Positions 35,537-47,500 of a stretch of 64,000 nt of DNA are shown here, one piece after another. The stretch is taken from the NCBI GenBank assembly GCA_051294905.1, contig CM119374.1, forward strand, positions 29,884,001-29,948,000, in the 5' to 3' direction. Under the pieces are notes generated by a model. The model saw only the letters and a program-made list of their open reading frames with translations. It ran no database searches and had not been told where the DNA came from. Source of the DNA: Botryllus schlosseri (taxonomy: Eukaryota). Position 1 is the first letter of the stretch. Each line of letters begins with the position of its first letter. Made by a program: the position numbers and the translations under genes.

Positions 35537-38500
35537 ATGGCGTGGAACCAAGTATCGGGCGTGCGCATGAGACAACACACCAATAACAACGAGAGAAATG
35601 CTCGCACTTCAAAAGTCACGTCTATGATAGAGTTGTTTAGTAACGCCGGTCTTGATGAAGCAGTAAAAAGTGACTCGCAGACTACAAAACCAGTTATTAC
35701 GGTGCTGCAAAAAGGGTCCGATTCAAGCACTAGACTTTTTGCCAATGCAGATAGCAAAGCGGTACCCCAAAGGATCAGAAAACGTAATTCTGGAGATTTA
35801 TCTATTAGCAATCGTGTGCCCAAGCCTTACAGACACACACAGAGACCTTTATCTTCTTCCCACAATCAAGATAGTGAAAGTACTTGGAATAGCAACGGAG
35901 CAGGATTGCAAACAGATAAACATACCGCTGCAGTCTCAAACTTGAAGAGCAAATTAAAGAAATTCGACACAGGGCAAACCGAAATGAAGGCAAACACTAT
36001 GAAAAAGTCAACAGGAAGTAAACTAGACAATCGACCTGCTAAAATGCCGGAAAGAAAACAAGACATTGTTTTTCGGAAAGACGCTGACACACCAAATCCG
36101 AAAATGCGTAACACGTTAAGTTACTGGGAGCATAAATTGGAGAGAAACGAAAAACCGAGACCGAATTCTGTGGCGCTGGAAAATCTTTCGTCGAGAAATT
36201 TCGCGTCCGCTTCGAGCCCAAAGTTACGGTTAAAATCGGCAGAGTCGGAGTCTCCAAATCAAGCTTCTCTCGTAGCGAATCGGGTGAAGAATTTTAGTCA
36301 ACATGTTTCAAGCACATCCAACTCCAATGCCGTCAACAAAGTATCATCGCCACCCGTATCTCAAGCTCCAAAGCCATATCAACGTACTAACAACATACAA
36401 GGTGGGCAGACTACCGGTGGCGGTACAGTGCAAGCTTCAAAGCAAAAATCTACTGGAGAATCAATTGGAGGTACAGGACTTATGATATTGAAACAACCTG
36501 AATAAGTGATTATGACTATCGTAGTAGAGAATTGAAATGGCGTTTAGAATTGCAAAACTTGCAACCAGAAATATGCAGGTCTTGCGAAATTCTATGCCAT
36601 ATCAAAACAAAAACATAGGTTTGGTCAAAACTTTCAGAATTTGCTCAAATTTGGCGCAAAACATTGTGAAAATTCCGGTAGGCCTAAATACTAATTTATT
36701 TTAAATGGATCGTATAAGTAGTTTCCAGCTATTTCATGATTAAACGTTGTTCTCTTTGTTATGTTACATAAACTGATCTATTCTATCATGCAAGCGAAAA
36801 TGTAATGATTCTTGGTGGTCATTTTTTATAAATGCGATAATTTTACAAACGGTCGGGTTTGAGAAGTGATTTTGATGAAATTTAGTTTGTTACACTCATT
36901 GGTATATACCAGATTCACCCTAAAATTACTTGAAAAATACGAGACCTAGTGGATCAGCGTGTGGTTGATTTGACATGGAATTGTCAGATTGCAGAATTTA
37001 TTCCACTCGTAGATTTTCGACAGACTCTGGACAGGAGATAACGTTAGTAAATAAATCTGGCACTATTTGGACATATTGTTTGTTGCAATGGTAGAGAATA
37101 TCAACAATCTTCTTTCCAATTCCCTACTAGCTTGTAACGATCCGAACTGTACAGAAATGAAGTGCTTCTACTTCCGCATAAAGTAGATTTTGCCCGCTTG
37201 CAGTACTTCCTCAAGGGGTTGTGTTTTAGACTAGCTTCTACTTGCACTCAACAGTTTTCAGTTTCCTAGGCAAAACTAGGCGAAAAATTTCCACTGTTTT
37301 ACTTACTTGGAAGTTGCTACTTCTATGTCTACTCGATTAGAATTCCACAACATTAATTATTTTTACTTGACTACCAATGATGATGGTTTTGTCCCTGAAG
37401 AGTTTCAGCCAAAAATATTTGTGTTTATTTCAGTATGAATGTGTCATTCAAATATGTAAGTCATAGAATGAAACCCTGCATTTTATTAGGCAAGGAAGAG
37501 TCACCAACCGATTGGAAGGACAAAAGAATGGTGAATCCGCTACCAAAACCCGTTCGGACTTTCACATTTTCAAGGGCCGACTCGAGTCCCGGTAGGGTGA
37601 AGAGCACCCGGACCAATCTTTCGTCATTAAAAGATGAATATGAGGAAGTTGCGTTCCTCAGCACTGCAGGTTGGCGTGTTTTTGATTATTAACTTGAGTA
37701 CAGATGGACAAAATTGAATGACAGTGGTCTTTATCAAAAGGTATTGTCTCACTGGTGCCGAAAATATAAATCAAAATCTTGTCGGGGCACTGCAACCACC
37801 CCGAAACAGCCCTCAAAGAAAACAGGCGCGCAACACAAGGACCATAACAATCACCTAATACGACACTTCGATTATTCTGAACAATGCAGATTTCAGACTT
37901 TTTAATGCGATTCCGGGGTGGTTCCATTGTCCTGATTTGATTTTAATTTATATTTACGGAATCAGTGCGACAGTAGCTTTCGGTCAGGACTAATTCTATT
38001 ACATTTTGTGATCGGGTTGGAAAATTACAGATTTCTGACTTTTAATGCGATACCTGAGTAGTTCCATTGTCCTGAACAGGTCCTGAACAGATTTCAATTT
38101 TTGTAATCAACGCAACCAGCGCAACAGTAACTTTTGATCAACACCAGTCTTATTAAATGTCAAGGTCTGGTCAGAAAATGCAGATTTCAGACTTATAAAG
38201 CTATTTCGGGGTAGTTCCATTGACCTGACCAGATTTAAATTCAAATTTTTGTAATCAGCGCAACAATAGCTCTCGATACATACCAGTTTTAGTGAATTTT
38301 GTGGTCGAGTCGGAACAACACAGATTTGGTACTTTTAAAACAAAATTCCATTGTACAGACTAGGATATAATTAATATTTTCGGAATCTGTGGGACAGTAG
38401 CTTTTGATCAAGACCAGTTTTGTTGAAATTACTACTCAGTTCTCCAGCTATAGGGTTACTAATATTGCTGATTTTGCCCTTCGTAGCAGTAAACATGATT

Positions 38501-41500
38501 AGGTATACCAGTGTGACGAATGAAGTTGTGTATTTATCCATTGGACGTTAACTTCAAATCATTTTTTGATGAAAACAATTTGATTTTCATTCACAAGGAA
38601 ACATGGAGAGTGAGAGGCATAATAATGCGTGGTCCCGGCAACATAATTACGAGGAGGTCGGCAATCCCAAAGGTGAGCGATTTTTGGTCGAAAATGTAGG
38701 GCTCCTACTACCGAAGCTGGTTTTGACCGATTGCGTGTACTTAATCATAAGTGGCTGTATTTTTAAACGAAAACCTGAAATTGGATTAGAATTAATATTA
38801 TAGCGTAGAAAAATTTCATAAATTAATTTAGAATTACATAAATATTTAACAAATTAGATTAGAGGGCATTTCGCTTCAAGTAGACAAACAGAATCATTGG
38901 TATCTAGTTGTCCAAGTCTGGTTTTGGTATTGGTTTATTTCAATTTTGTGAGTGAAATCATGACATTAACTTGGCGAAATGGCCTCTGTATTGTGGTGCG
39001 GTAACATAATATTTATCATCGAAAAGTGATTCATTAGTGGAGTCATCAGTTATTTTGCGTTGTTATAATTTCGAAAGTAGACATAGTACACTTGTATCTG
39101 AAGTTGTTTTGACATGTCTCGTAATTGAGTAGAAATTTACGGCATTACTAGAGTAACAATACCGGTGATATGCACGGGTGGGTCATTAAATAATGTGCGC
39201 ATCTGGATTTTATTATCCTACGTATATACTAAGGAGAAAGCTATTACATGATGACTAAGGATCACACTCTATGTGAAATGATGCATAGTTTGTTGTGCTG
39301 CGTAGCGCGCTCAGTTTCATTGTGATCTAGACACAGCTGGCTTACGTTGCAGTGTATGTTTAGGTGCTGAATGAGGCTATTGGATGAGTGTAGTTCCGTG
39401 CATAGTATATTTTATGAGTTTTTAAAGTGCATGCTCCTTCCTATGTTGACATAACAATGAAGGTAACATAGTTGGAAAACTGGAAAATTTTCAGCCTAAA
39501 TTCCAAATTACGGGAGATTAGAATTAGTATGATAGCCGTACAGTTTTTTTTCCAAATTAGGTTAGAATTAGAATAATAGCTATATAGGCCTACAGTTTCT
39601 CCAAGTTCGATTAGAATTAGAGCTGCACAGTTATTTCCAAATCAGATTAGAATTAGAATGATAGCTATACATATTTCTTCCAAATTGGACTAGACTTGAA
39701 ATGATGGCTATAAACAGTTTTTTCCAAGTTCGATTAGAATTAGAGTTACACATCTTTTTCAAATTAGATTGGAGTTAAAATGATAGCTATAAACCGTTTT
39801 TCCAAGTTCGATTACAATTAGAGCTGCTCAGTTATTTCCGCATTTGATTGCAATTAGAATTAGAGCTACAATTTGTTTTTGAAATTAGATTATAATTAGA
39901 ATGATAGCGAGTTTTTCCAGATTAGATCAGAATTAGAAACGACTGAAGTTGCAAAAAATTGGATCTATTCAATTACGAATTCGAAAGAAATACAATAAAA
40001 ATCACTTTATATCAAACCGCAGTTCATTTTCATATGCAACAGCAATACTTTCCTTTAGACGCGCAAACCAGATTGGATTACGATCGCATAGATTTGTCTG
40101 AAAGTGCGCAGAACTCTGCCGAAGGGGACAGATACTCGCACCTCACCTTCAAGCAGGACTTGATCACTACCGAGGTTGGTTGGTTTTGAAAATTCCATTA
40201 AATCACAAAGTTTTTAGCGCGAGCAGAATAGGACAACTAGAATATTTCAGCTTTTTCCAAGTTGTAGTACGTAATAGTAGTAGACTAGTTGTCAATACCG
40301 CGAAAACAATTACCAAGAATGTCACTACCAAGAATGGACATTACCAACAATAGACATTGCCGATAATAGACATTACGCTTTTCAATCGTTATGCGTAGAT
40401 ACTAGGTAGTCTAATGAGACAGCCAGAATTATGTAGTTGTCCAAGTCTGCATTTGAGACCGTTTGTAATGAATCAATTTCGTGACCCTCGTTTACAACTT
40501 CTGGTGTAGACCGGCGACTTGGATTATCTGGACGATCGTTCAAAACCAGCTCTCAAGCTGTTCCAAAAGTGGCCTTCCGTTCGGAGGTCAAAGGTGAATC
40601 TGTGTGCCGGTTTCACGTAGCACCCAATCACTGTAGATGTGCACTTTTGAATTTGGTGGTAGCGCGTAGCACTTCTTAATTGAAAGATTGTTGTAGTGAA
40701 TGTAATCTCGGTGTCAGCGATCAAACGGCTATTATGTTGGCTTGCAGGAAATGAGTCACTGCAATTTTTGCTCACTTGGCAAGACATTCAAGTCCTAATT
40801 AGGGTTGTCACAACAATTCGAGTCGAGCTGTGGAAGATGAGTTTTTCCAGCACTGGAATCATATGCTCCTCGTTACTAAGAGTAAATTCATCAACAAAAG
40901 TGATAGGTTTGATGCTATTTTCCACCGAGGAGGCTGTGAACCTCATTTGGTGGTATCACAGCATGCGAAACAGGTATTACAATTCTACGAACGTTACTGG
41001 AAGTGACATATGTGTGAAGTCGTGATCAGCCCACAACATTGTCACAAAGTGCAATGGAATAGGTATGGTCGAAAAACACCCAGTTATCTTTCATGTGATG
41101 TAGAAATGGCAGTCGAACAAAAGTCACATTTCTGAACTTTCTGCATCATTCATACTGTTGTGACATCATATCCAGTATAATACTCTATCCCGACTCAAAT
41201 CACTGAAGTTGTCAATTTTGTCAAGGCCTATTTATGATAGCCTACTTCTCTAAGAAAACAGGAAATGAGTCAATAAATTTCAATTTTCGGTCACTCGGCA
41301 ATACATTTGAGTTCTAATGCACTTCTGTCACTTAAGTAAACATTGTCACGGAAATACAAAATAGTTGTTACCAGGCTAATTTAGTCATAAGCTGCTTTGT
41401 GATTCTGCTTTCGAGCGTGTGATTTTGTCGCAGTAAAGAAATTCGAACGATAGAAAGTGGTACTTCTGGAAATTCTTATGATGTAGATCAGGGGTGGCCA

Positions 41501-44500
41501 ATCTTCACGGCCAATGGGCCACATGTAATTGATGAACCCCTGCGTGGGCCATTTGTTGATGAGCTTTCTCAGTGGTCCGTTAGGTGCCAGCTGGCTTAGA
41601 AAACTGTGAAAACAAGACTTGCACTACCACGCATCAAAATCGATAACATACACGTCACAAAAACTCAGTGAGTATAGTCTCTGTCAAGCGTGAAAATTTT
41701 TCGAAGTTAATCAGCGAATTCCGTCAATGTTCTTACTTGCATATATTGTGGGTAAAGTGTGACTAGTCCCAAGCTACACCAATGCGTTGGAACATATAAT
41801 TTAATGTTCAACATCCCAAATTTGGTGGTCTCAGGCTAATCATATTTTGGGTTGGCCTTGCAAGTTCGCAATAAAACACCTGGAACATTCATTTTATGAT
41901 CAATATTCAATACTATAACAATTTCAAAAATCACCTCACGAGCCACATGGGACTCGCAGGCCATGGGTTGGCTGCCCCTGATGTAGATGTGCGATATATG
42001 TTGTATGTAATGTAGTTGATAAATCTTGAATAATTTGTAAATTGAAGTCCTAGTCAAATCAGGCCTGCTTAAGTAGAAAATGTTCCATGGTTTCCAATGG
42101 TCGATTGGCATAACACGTTTCCGCGCTTTGATTGTTGATATACAGTGTTCTTTCGAATTCTCTACCAGTTGCTGACGATTATTCCCGACGAGTGTCAGCC
42201 GAAAATATTCGGGTCCATTTCAATACGACTATACTATTCAATCGATCAGTTCTAAAAATGAATTGCGAATTTTGTGCGCAGAAAAACCCGGGGCCCGTGA
42301 AAATTTCTCCCCAATTACAACACATGAAGCTGCGTAAAATCAACTCTGACGTGTCCGACGCGACGTCGCGGTCCTGCGAGGATCTGTCCAGGCCGGAAAA
42401 GTCAACGGAATCGGTCACAGACAAAATCCGAGAAGTTTTTTCGCAATTCGGTCGCAGATATCGTCACTCCAAGAGAAGCGAAGAGGAGAAAGAGAGTGGG
42501 GATGAAGATTCAGACACGGAGACTGATTTTAATAAACACAGGTCGGTCGCGTCAATGGAAAAATGAACATTGCAAATAAGGTTGTCCAAAAGTAACTTTT
42601 TTTTCCAATCCTGTGAAATTATTAGAGAGTCTCAAAAAAAACGATGCATGGAAAATTTGTTAGCGGGTAAAAAAGTGGGCAGTTTTAGTACTAGTTGGGG
42701 GATATGAAAAATGAGTGGCTCTAGTTCGATCTCCTGTTACAGCTTTTGAAAACTGAGTAGTTCTAGTTCTAGTTGCGGAATTTGATAATCGAACAGCTCT
42801 ACTTGTAGTGCCAGTTGCGCATTTTCAAAATACAGTAGTTCTATTTAGTTCTATGTGTGCATTGGAGTTAAAAATGCGTATTTTACAGGCAAACGTTAAA
42901 CCGCGTGAGAACCTACCAGACGAAATATCGGAAAACCCTGAAATACAAGTCTTTGGAACGCGACCTGTACAAGTCTGAAAAATCAACCATATTCGAACAC
43001 GTTCTCATATGCAAAATTGTGGAAGGTAATTTTTGCTTCTGTGAATATCCACCGCAGACACATCTGCACAATTACATAATTCTACGGCAGTTGTCTCATT
43101 AGACCGATTAGATCGAAATGCCGGTAATCTATTTCTAATATAATTTATGAAATTTTCCCATGCTCCCATTTTAATTCTAGTCAAATTTCTGGTTTTCCTG
43201 AAAAAGCTACAGGAGATCTTTATCATGCAAAACAGGCCAAGCCTGCTGTACAGACATTTGCTATTCTCGTGCTTATCAGAAGAAACTATGATTTCATATG
43301 AAATGAACTTGATTTTCTGTTGAAGTTGAATTTGTTCATTTACAAGTTCCAAAAGTCGCGTCAAAACTGAAAAGCATCAGAAATTTCATGCCAAAGTCCA
43401 ACAAACCACCAATTTTAGTTGACAGTCAAGTATCCAACAGTTTTTGAGTAGGTCTAGCTCTAGTTGTGAGTTTGGAAAAGTGGGTAGTTCTACTTCTAGT
43501 CGCAGACTTTGTAAAGTGAGTAGTAGTTCTAGTTGTGAGTTTTGGAAAGTGATTAGCTGTAGTTCTAGTTCTAGCTGGTTGCACATTTTAAATTTCCAGT
43601 AGCTTGTACAAGTCCAAACCCAACTTCAAAATGATCACAAACGCATATATGATCCAAATCAGGCGAAAATCTTATCGTTAAATGTAGCTTTCCAAACCCA
43701 AACCCACCAGTGTGAATATACGCAGACGAAAACGGCCAACGGAGTTCAAAGGTCACGTACCGCTATCCCGCGCCTCCCCCGGGCAAGAATCTGGGCGACG
43801 AAAAAACTCTGGCCCATTTTTGCTATCCGGATATCGACACGGTTCATCGTCGCGAAGAAATGCAGAGCGACAGTTTTTCGTTTATGCTCACTCGCGAAGA
43901 CGGGACCAGGAAATTCGGATATTGCAGAAGGTAGATTCATAGTTTTGTCTGCTTCAGACACTTGAGTGGTTGTGATTGTATACTGCTTCCATTTCTACTT
44001 TCCATTTAGGCAAAACCACTTACTTTTCACACTTGGGCTTTTGTTAAGTAGAAAGTAATTTCGGGACACGTCTGATTCGTATTTATTAGTGAAATTACTT
44101 GCTAAAATCGCTCCTGTTTTGAAATTGTTAGGTTACCTGAAAACCTACAAAACAAATTTTGCCCATTTCACCAAACCAAAAAACTAACACATGAAATACA
44201 ATTCATAGTGACGCCTCTTGCCCAAATCTGCTTTTCAAACCATTCTTTTTATACTTCTGGTTCAGGTGATTTTGATATGTCTTGAAATGCCCACTGAATA
44301 AAAATGTTCGGTGTTATATACTCATTCTGACTTGATATTTCTTTCTCAGAATCCTGCCGCCTGGGTCGGGTCCGCGATACCCGTTGGTCTATTGTCTGAT
44401 CAGCCCCCTGGGCAGTTTCGGTCTTTACGAGTCTGTGCTCGACGAATTGGAGCAACGACATCGCGTTGGTTTGAAGCAGGTTTCCGTTTTCCTGGAGACG

Positions 44501-47500
44501 CTCTTTTTGGAACGCTTTCCGGCTCCCGGGCGTTCCGTGATTGTCGATGTCGACGATTTTGGTGAGGGGAAATATTTGCTGCAAATTTGTTAAGATTTAA
44601 AATATGATATTATATTTCTAAAATTCTGTTGAAATTTGCTAAATTTGTGCTAATGTATACGAAAATTTTCTAAAATTTTGTTAATAGCTACTAAAATTTG
44701 CGAAATATTTCTAAAATTCTGTTGAAGTTAGCTGGAATTATCATACTATATGCTGGAATTCTGTTGAAATTTGCTAAAATTGTGATAATGTATACTAAAA
44801 TTTTCTAAAATTTTGTTGATAGCTACTAAAATTTGCTAAATATTTCTAAAATTCTGTTGAAATTGCTAAAGTTTTGTTCAATTTGCTAAATATATGCTAA
44901 AATTCTGTTAAAATCTGCTGCAATGATCCTAAAATGTGCTAAAAATTTTCAAATTATTCGACAAAACGTCAAAATTTCCATGTTTTCAGAGGGCGCGAGC
45001 AAGTTTGTGCTGCGTCGTCCGTTCGACACGAGACTCGAGCACGTCGACCTACCTTGCCTGCTCAACGAAATGGGCGTTCAGAACACCATAATGGTAAATT
45101 TTTGTCTCTTGTACTTTGTAATCCACAGCAAAATCAGTCTTTTCCATAAAATTGGTCTAGTGAACTTTATTATCCACAACAACATGACAATCACCGATTA
45201 TATTGCTCAGGTACATGGCAAAAGTTATGGTGTTTAGGTTAGGGTTGGGGCACAGGTAATGAATTCTCCTTCGACACCCTGACCCAGTGGCTCCCATACT
45301 TTTTGATGTCCGTATTTTAAACTTCATATTTCATATGGAGTACAATGAAATCAAGTAACTATTACATGTTCGACTTGTAGTACACACACAAACGCATTGC
45401 TGCTGAATGACTCGGAGATTGTCATCTCGAGATGCACTGTGCATTTCTATAGATTCTGTAACGTTCATTTCAGCATTGATAGAAGCAGATTGGCGAGTTC
45501 TATTCAATGAAACAAACTGCAAATACATACCGTCCATACATCGTGATATATATATGTCGTTTATGTGTTAGCTCTTTGTGCATAATTATGCACAAGTATG
45601 CAAGGGGAATATATGCCTAGTAATATTGGACATATTGCAATTTGTACTCGCATATGAGCAGTTATTTTGTGTAGTCATGTGCTGTCAAAAATCAATATAT
45701 AAAGGTCTGTCACCTCTATAACTCTGGCATTAGTCTATGCGTTTCACGTAATATGCTCGTCTGCAGGAATTCTCCTCCCGGTTTTCAGAAGCGACCTCGA
45801 GCAGCTTACAACTAGAACACAGTTCATTCTTATGAGCATGAGCAAAGCAAACATCGGTACAGCAAGCTTGGCTCGTTTCGCAATATGAAACAATGAGATT
45901 TAAATTAATATTATAGAACATAAACATTTCGCAAATTAGATTAGAATTCGATTTCCGGCATTTCTGTCTAATCAGTCTAATTCGACAAGTAGAATTATAT
46001 AATCCAAGTCTGCTCTGAACCCACGATAATCGGCATCAACACTAACACTAATACGGCTGGATAAGAGAGCATATTAGGCCCGAAATTGGACCGAGTGTGA
46101 ACCTCGACCTTTCTCTCAGGTTTTCGCTTCTCTCCTGCTGGAGCGTCGCGTTATCATCAGCGGAAAATCCTTGAGCACCCTGACGGCTTGCATCCACGCT
46201 TTACGGACCGTCTTGTACCCGTTTGTGTGGCAGCACGTTTTCGTTCCTCTGCTGCCGCCTCCCATGATCGACCTGTGCTGTTCGCCGACCCCGCTTTTGA
46301 TCGGGATACTGGAACCTTCTCTACACAAGCTGAAGACTTTACCTCTTGAAGAGGTTTGACTAGGATTTTGGATTCTAATTCAGATTGTAATACTCATTCT
46401 GATTCTAATTCGATAACCAACTTCTCTCATTTTCAGGCTCTCATCATCAATCTGTCGACGCGAGAAGTGGTTTCGAACATGGGAGACGAACTCGAGATCT
46501 TGCCCAAGAAACTCCAAGAGCCGCTCATGGATGCTCTGAAACGGTTTGCTTCTAGCGGGAGAAGCGACGCAGCTCAACCAAACTACGATTTTGCAATCGA
46601 TTATGGTTTGATATGTTCTTTGTTTGCAAATTTTTTGTCAGTTCTTGTTCAAAAATTGACCTAGAACACAACTAGATAATTCTAATTTGTAAAATATTTC
46701 GTTGCTCCAATTCTAATCTAATTTCTGTATTCCCGAAAATGGCACAGGATAACTGTCTCATTAGGATCGAGCAAAGCTCAGTGTAGTGACATTTGCTTTC
46801 ATCTGATATGAACTCAACTTGTTTCAATGTCTAAGTTTTCGCGAATTCAGTAATTTTAGTCAAATTTTGAAAAAATTGTTAACCTATCATTCTAATTCTA
46901 ATCTAATTTATAAAAGCTGAGCATTTTCTAGTTGTCCAAGTCTTCCCCCTATCCCCCGTGTCTATTCCTGAATTTTGTTGCTCTGTGCAGAATCAGCGGA
47001 ACGCAACACGGTAATATCTGAATCGTTCATGCATCTCTTCGTGGAAATGATCGGACATTATCAACAGCATTTCCAAGTCGACCCAAACGCAAAAAGCAAC
47101 ACCAGATTTGGGTAAGAATCGGTAGTGTTGTCGACTTATTTGGTCAATAACTAAGTATTTACCAGGTTTTCTTTCTGATTACGCCCTCCAGTGGTTATGT
47201 TTTATTGATACTTCCGATATTACTTCTCACTTTTGCTGCAAAACTGCATGCTTTTTGCACCTTTGATTTTTAAAAGTGTGGGAGAGGCTTTTTGGGGTAT
47301 AGAACTTGAATATACATTTTAATAATATATCCGGGTTTTAATACATATTTACGTCAGTGATTCCCAACCAAGGTATCAGTGATTCCAAGGTAGCCTTCTT
47401 GTGGCTCTGATTAACCTCTAAATAAGCCACAAAAATAGAATAGACGACAGTGGTTGTTGTTGTTGTTTGTTTCTATGAATAGCTATAGTCAATTTCTGTA

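Noticed and set aside
36471-36505. Stand-alone 322-aa protein for ORF 35537-36505
   Set aside because: The last residues are read-through into the intron; a phase-1 donor joins it to the downstream DENND2 exons.
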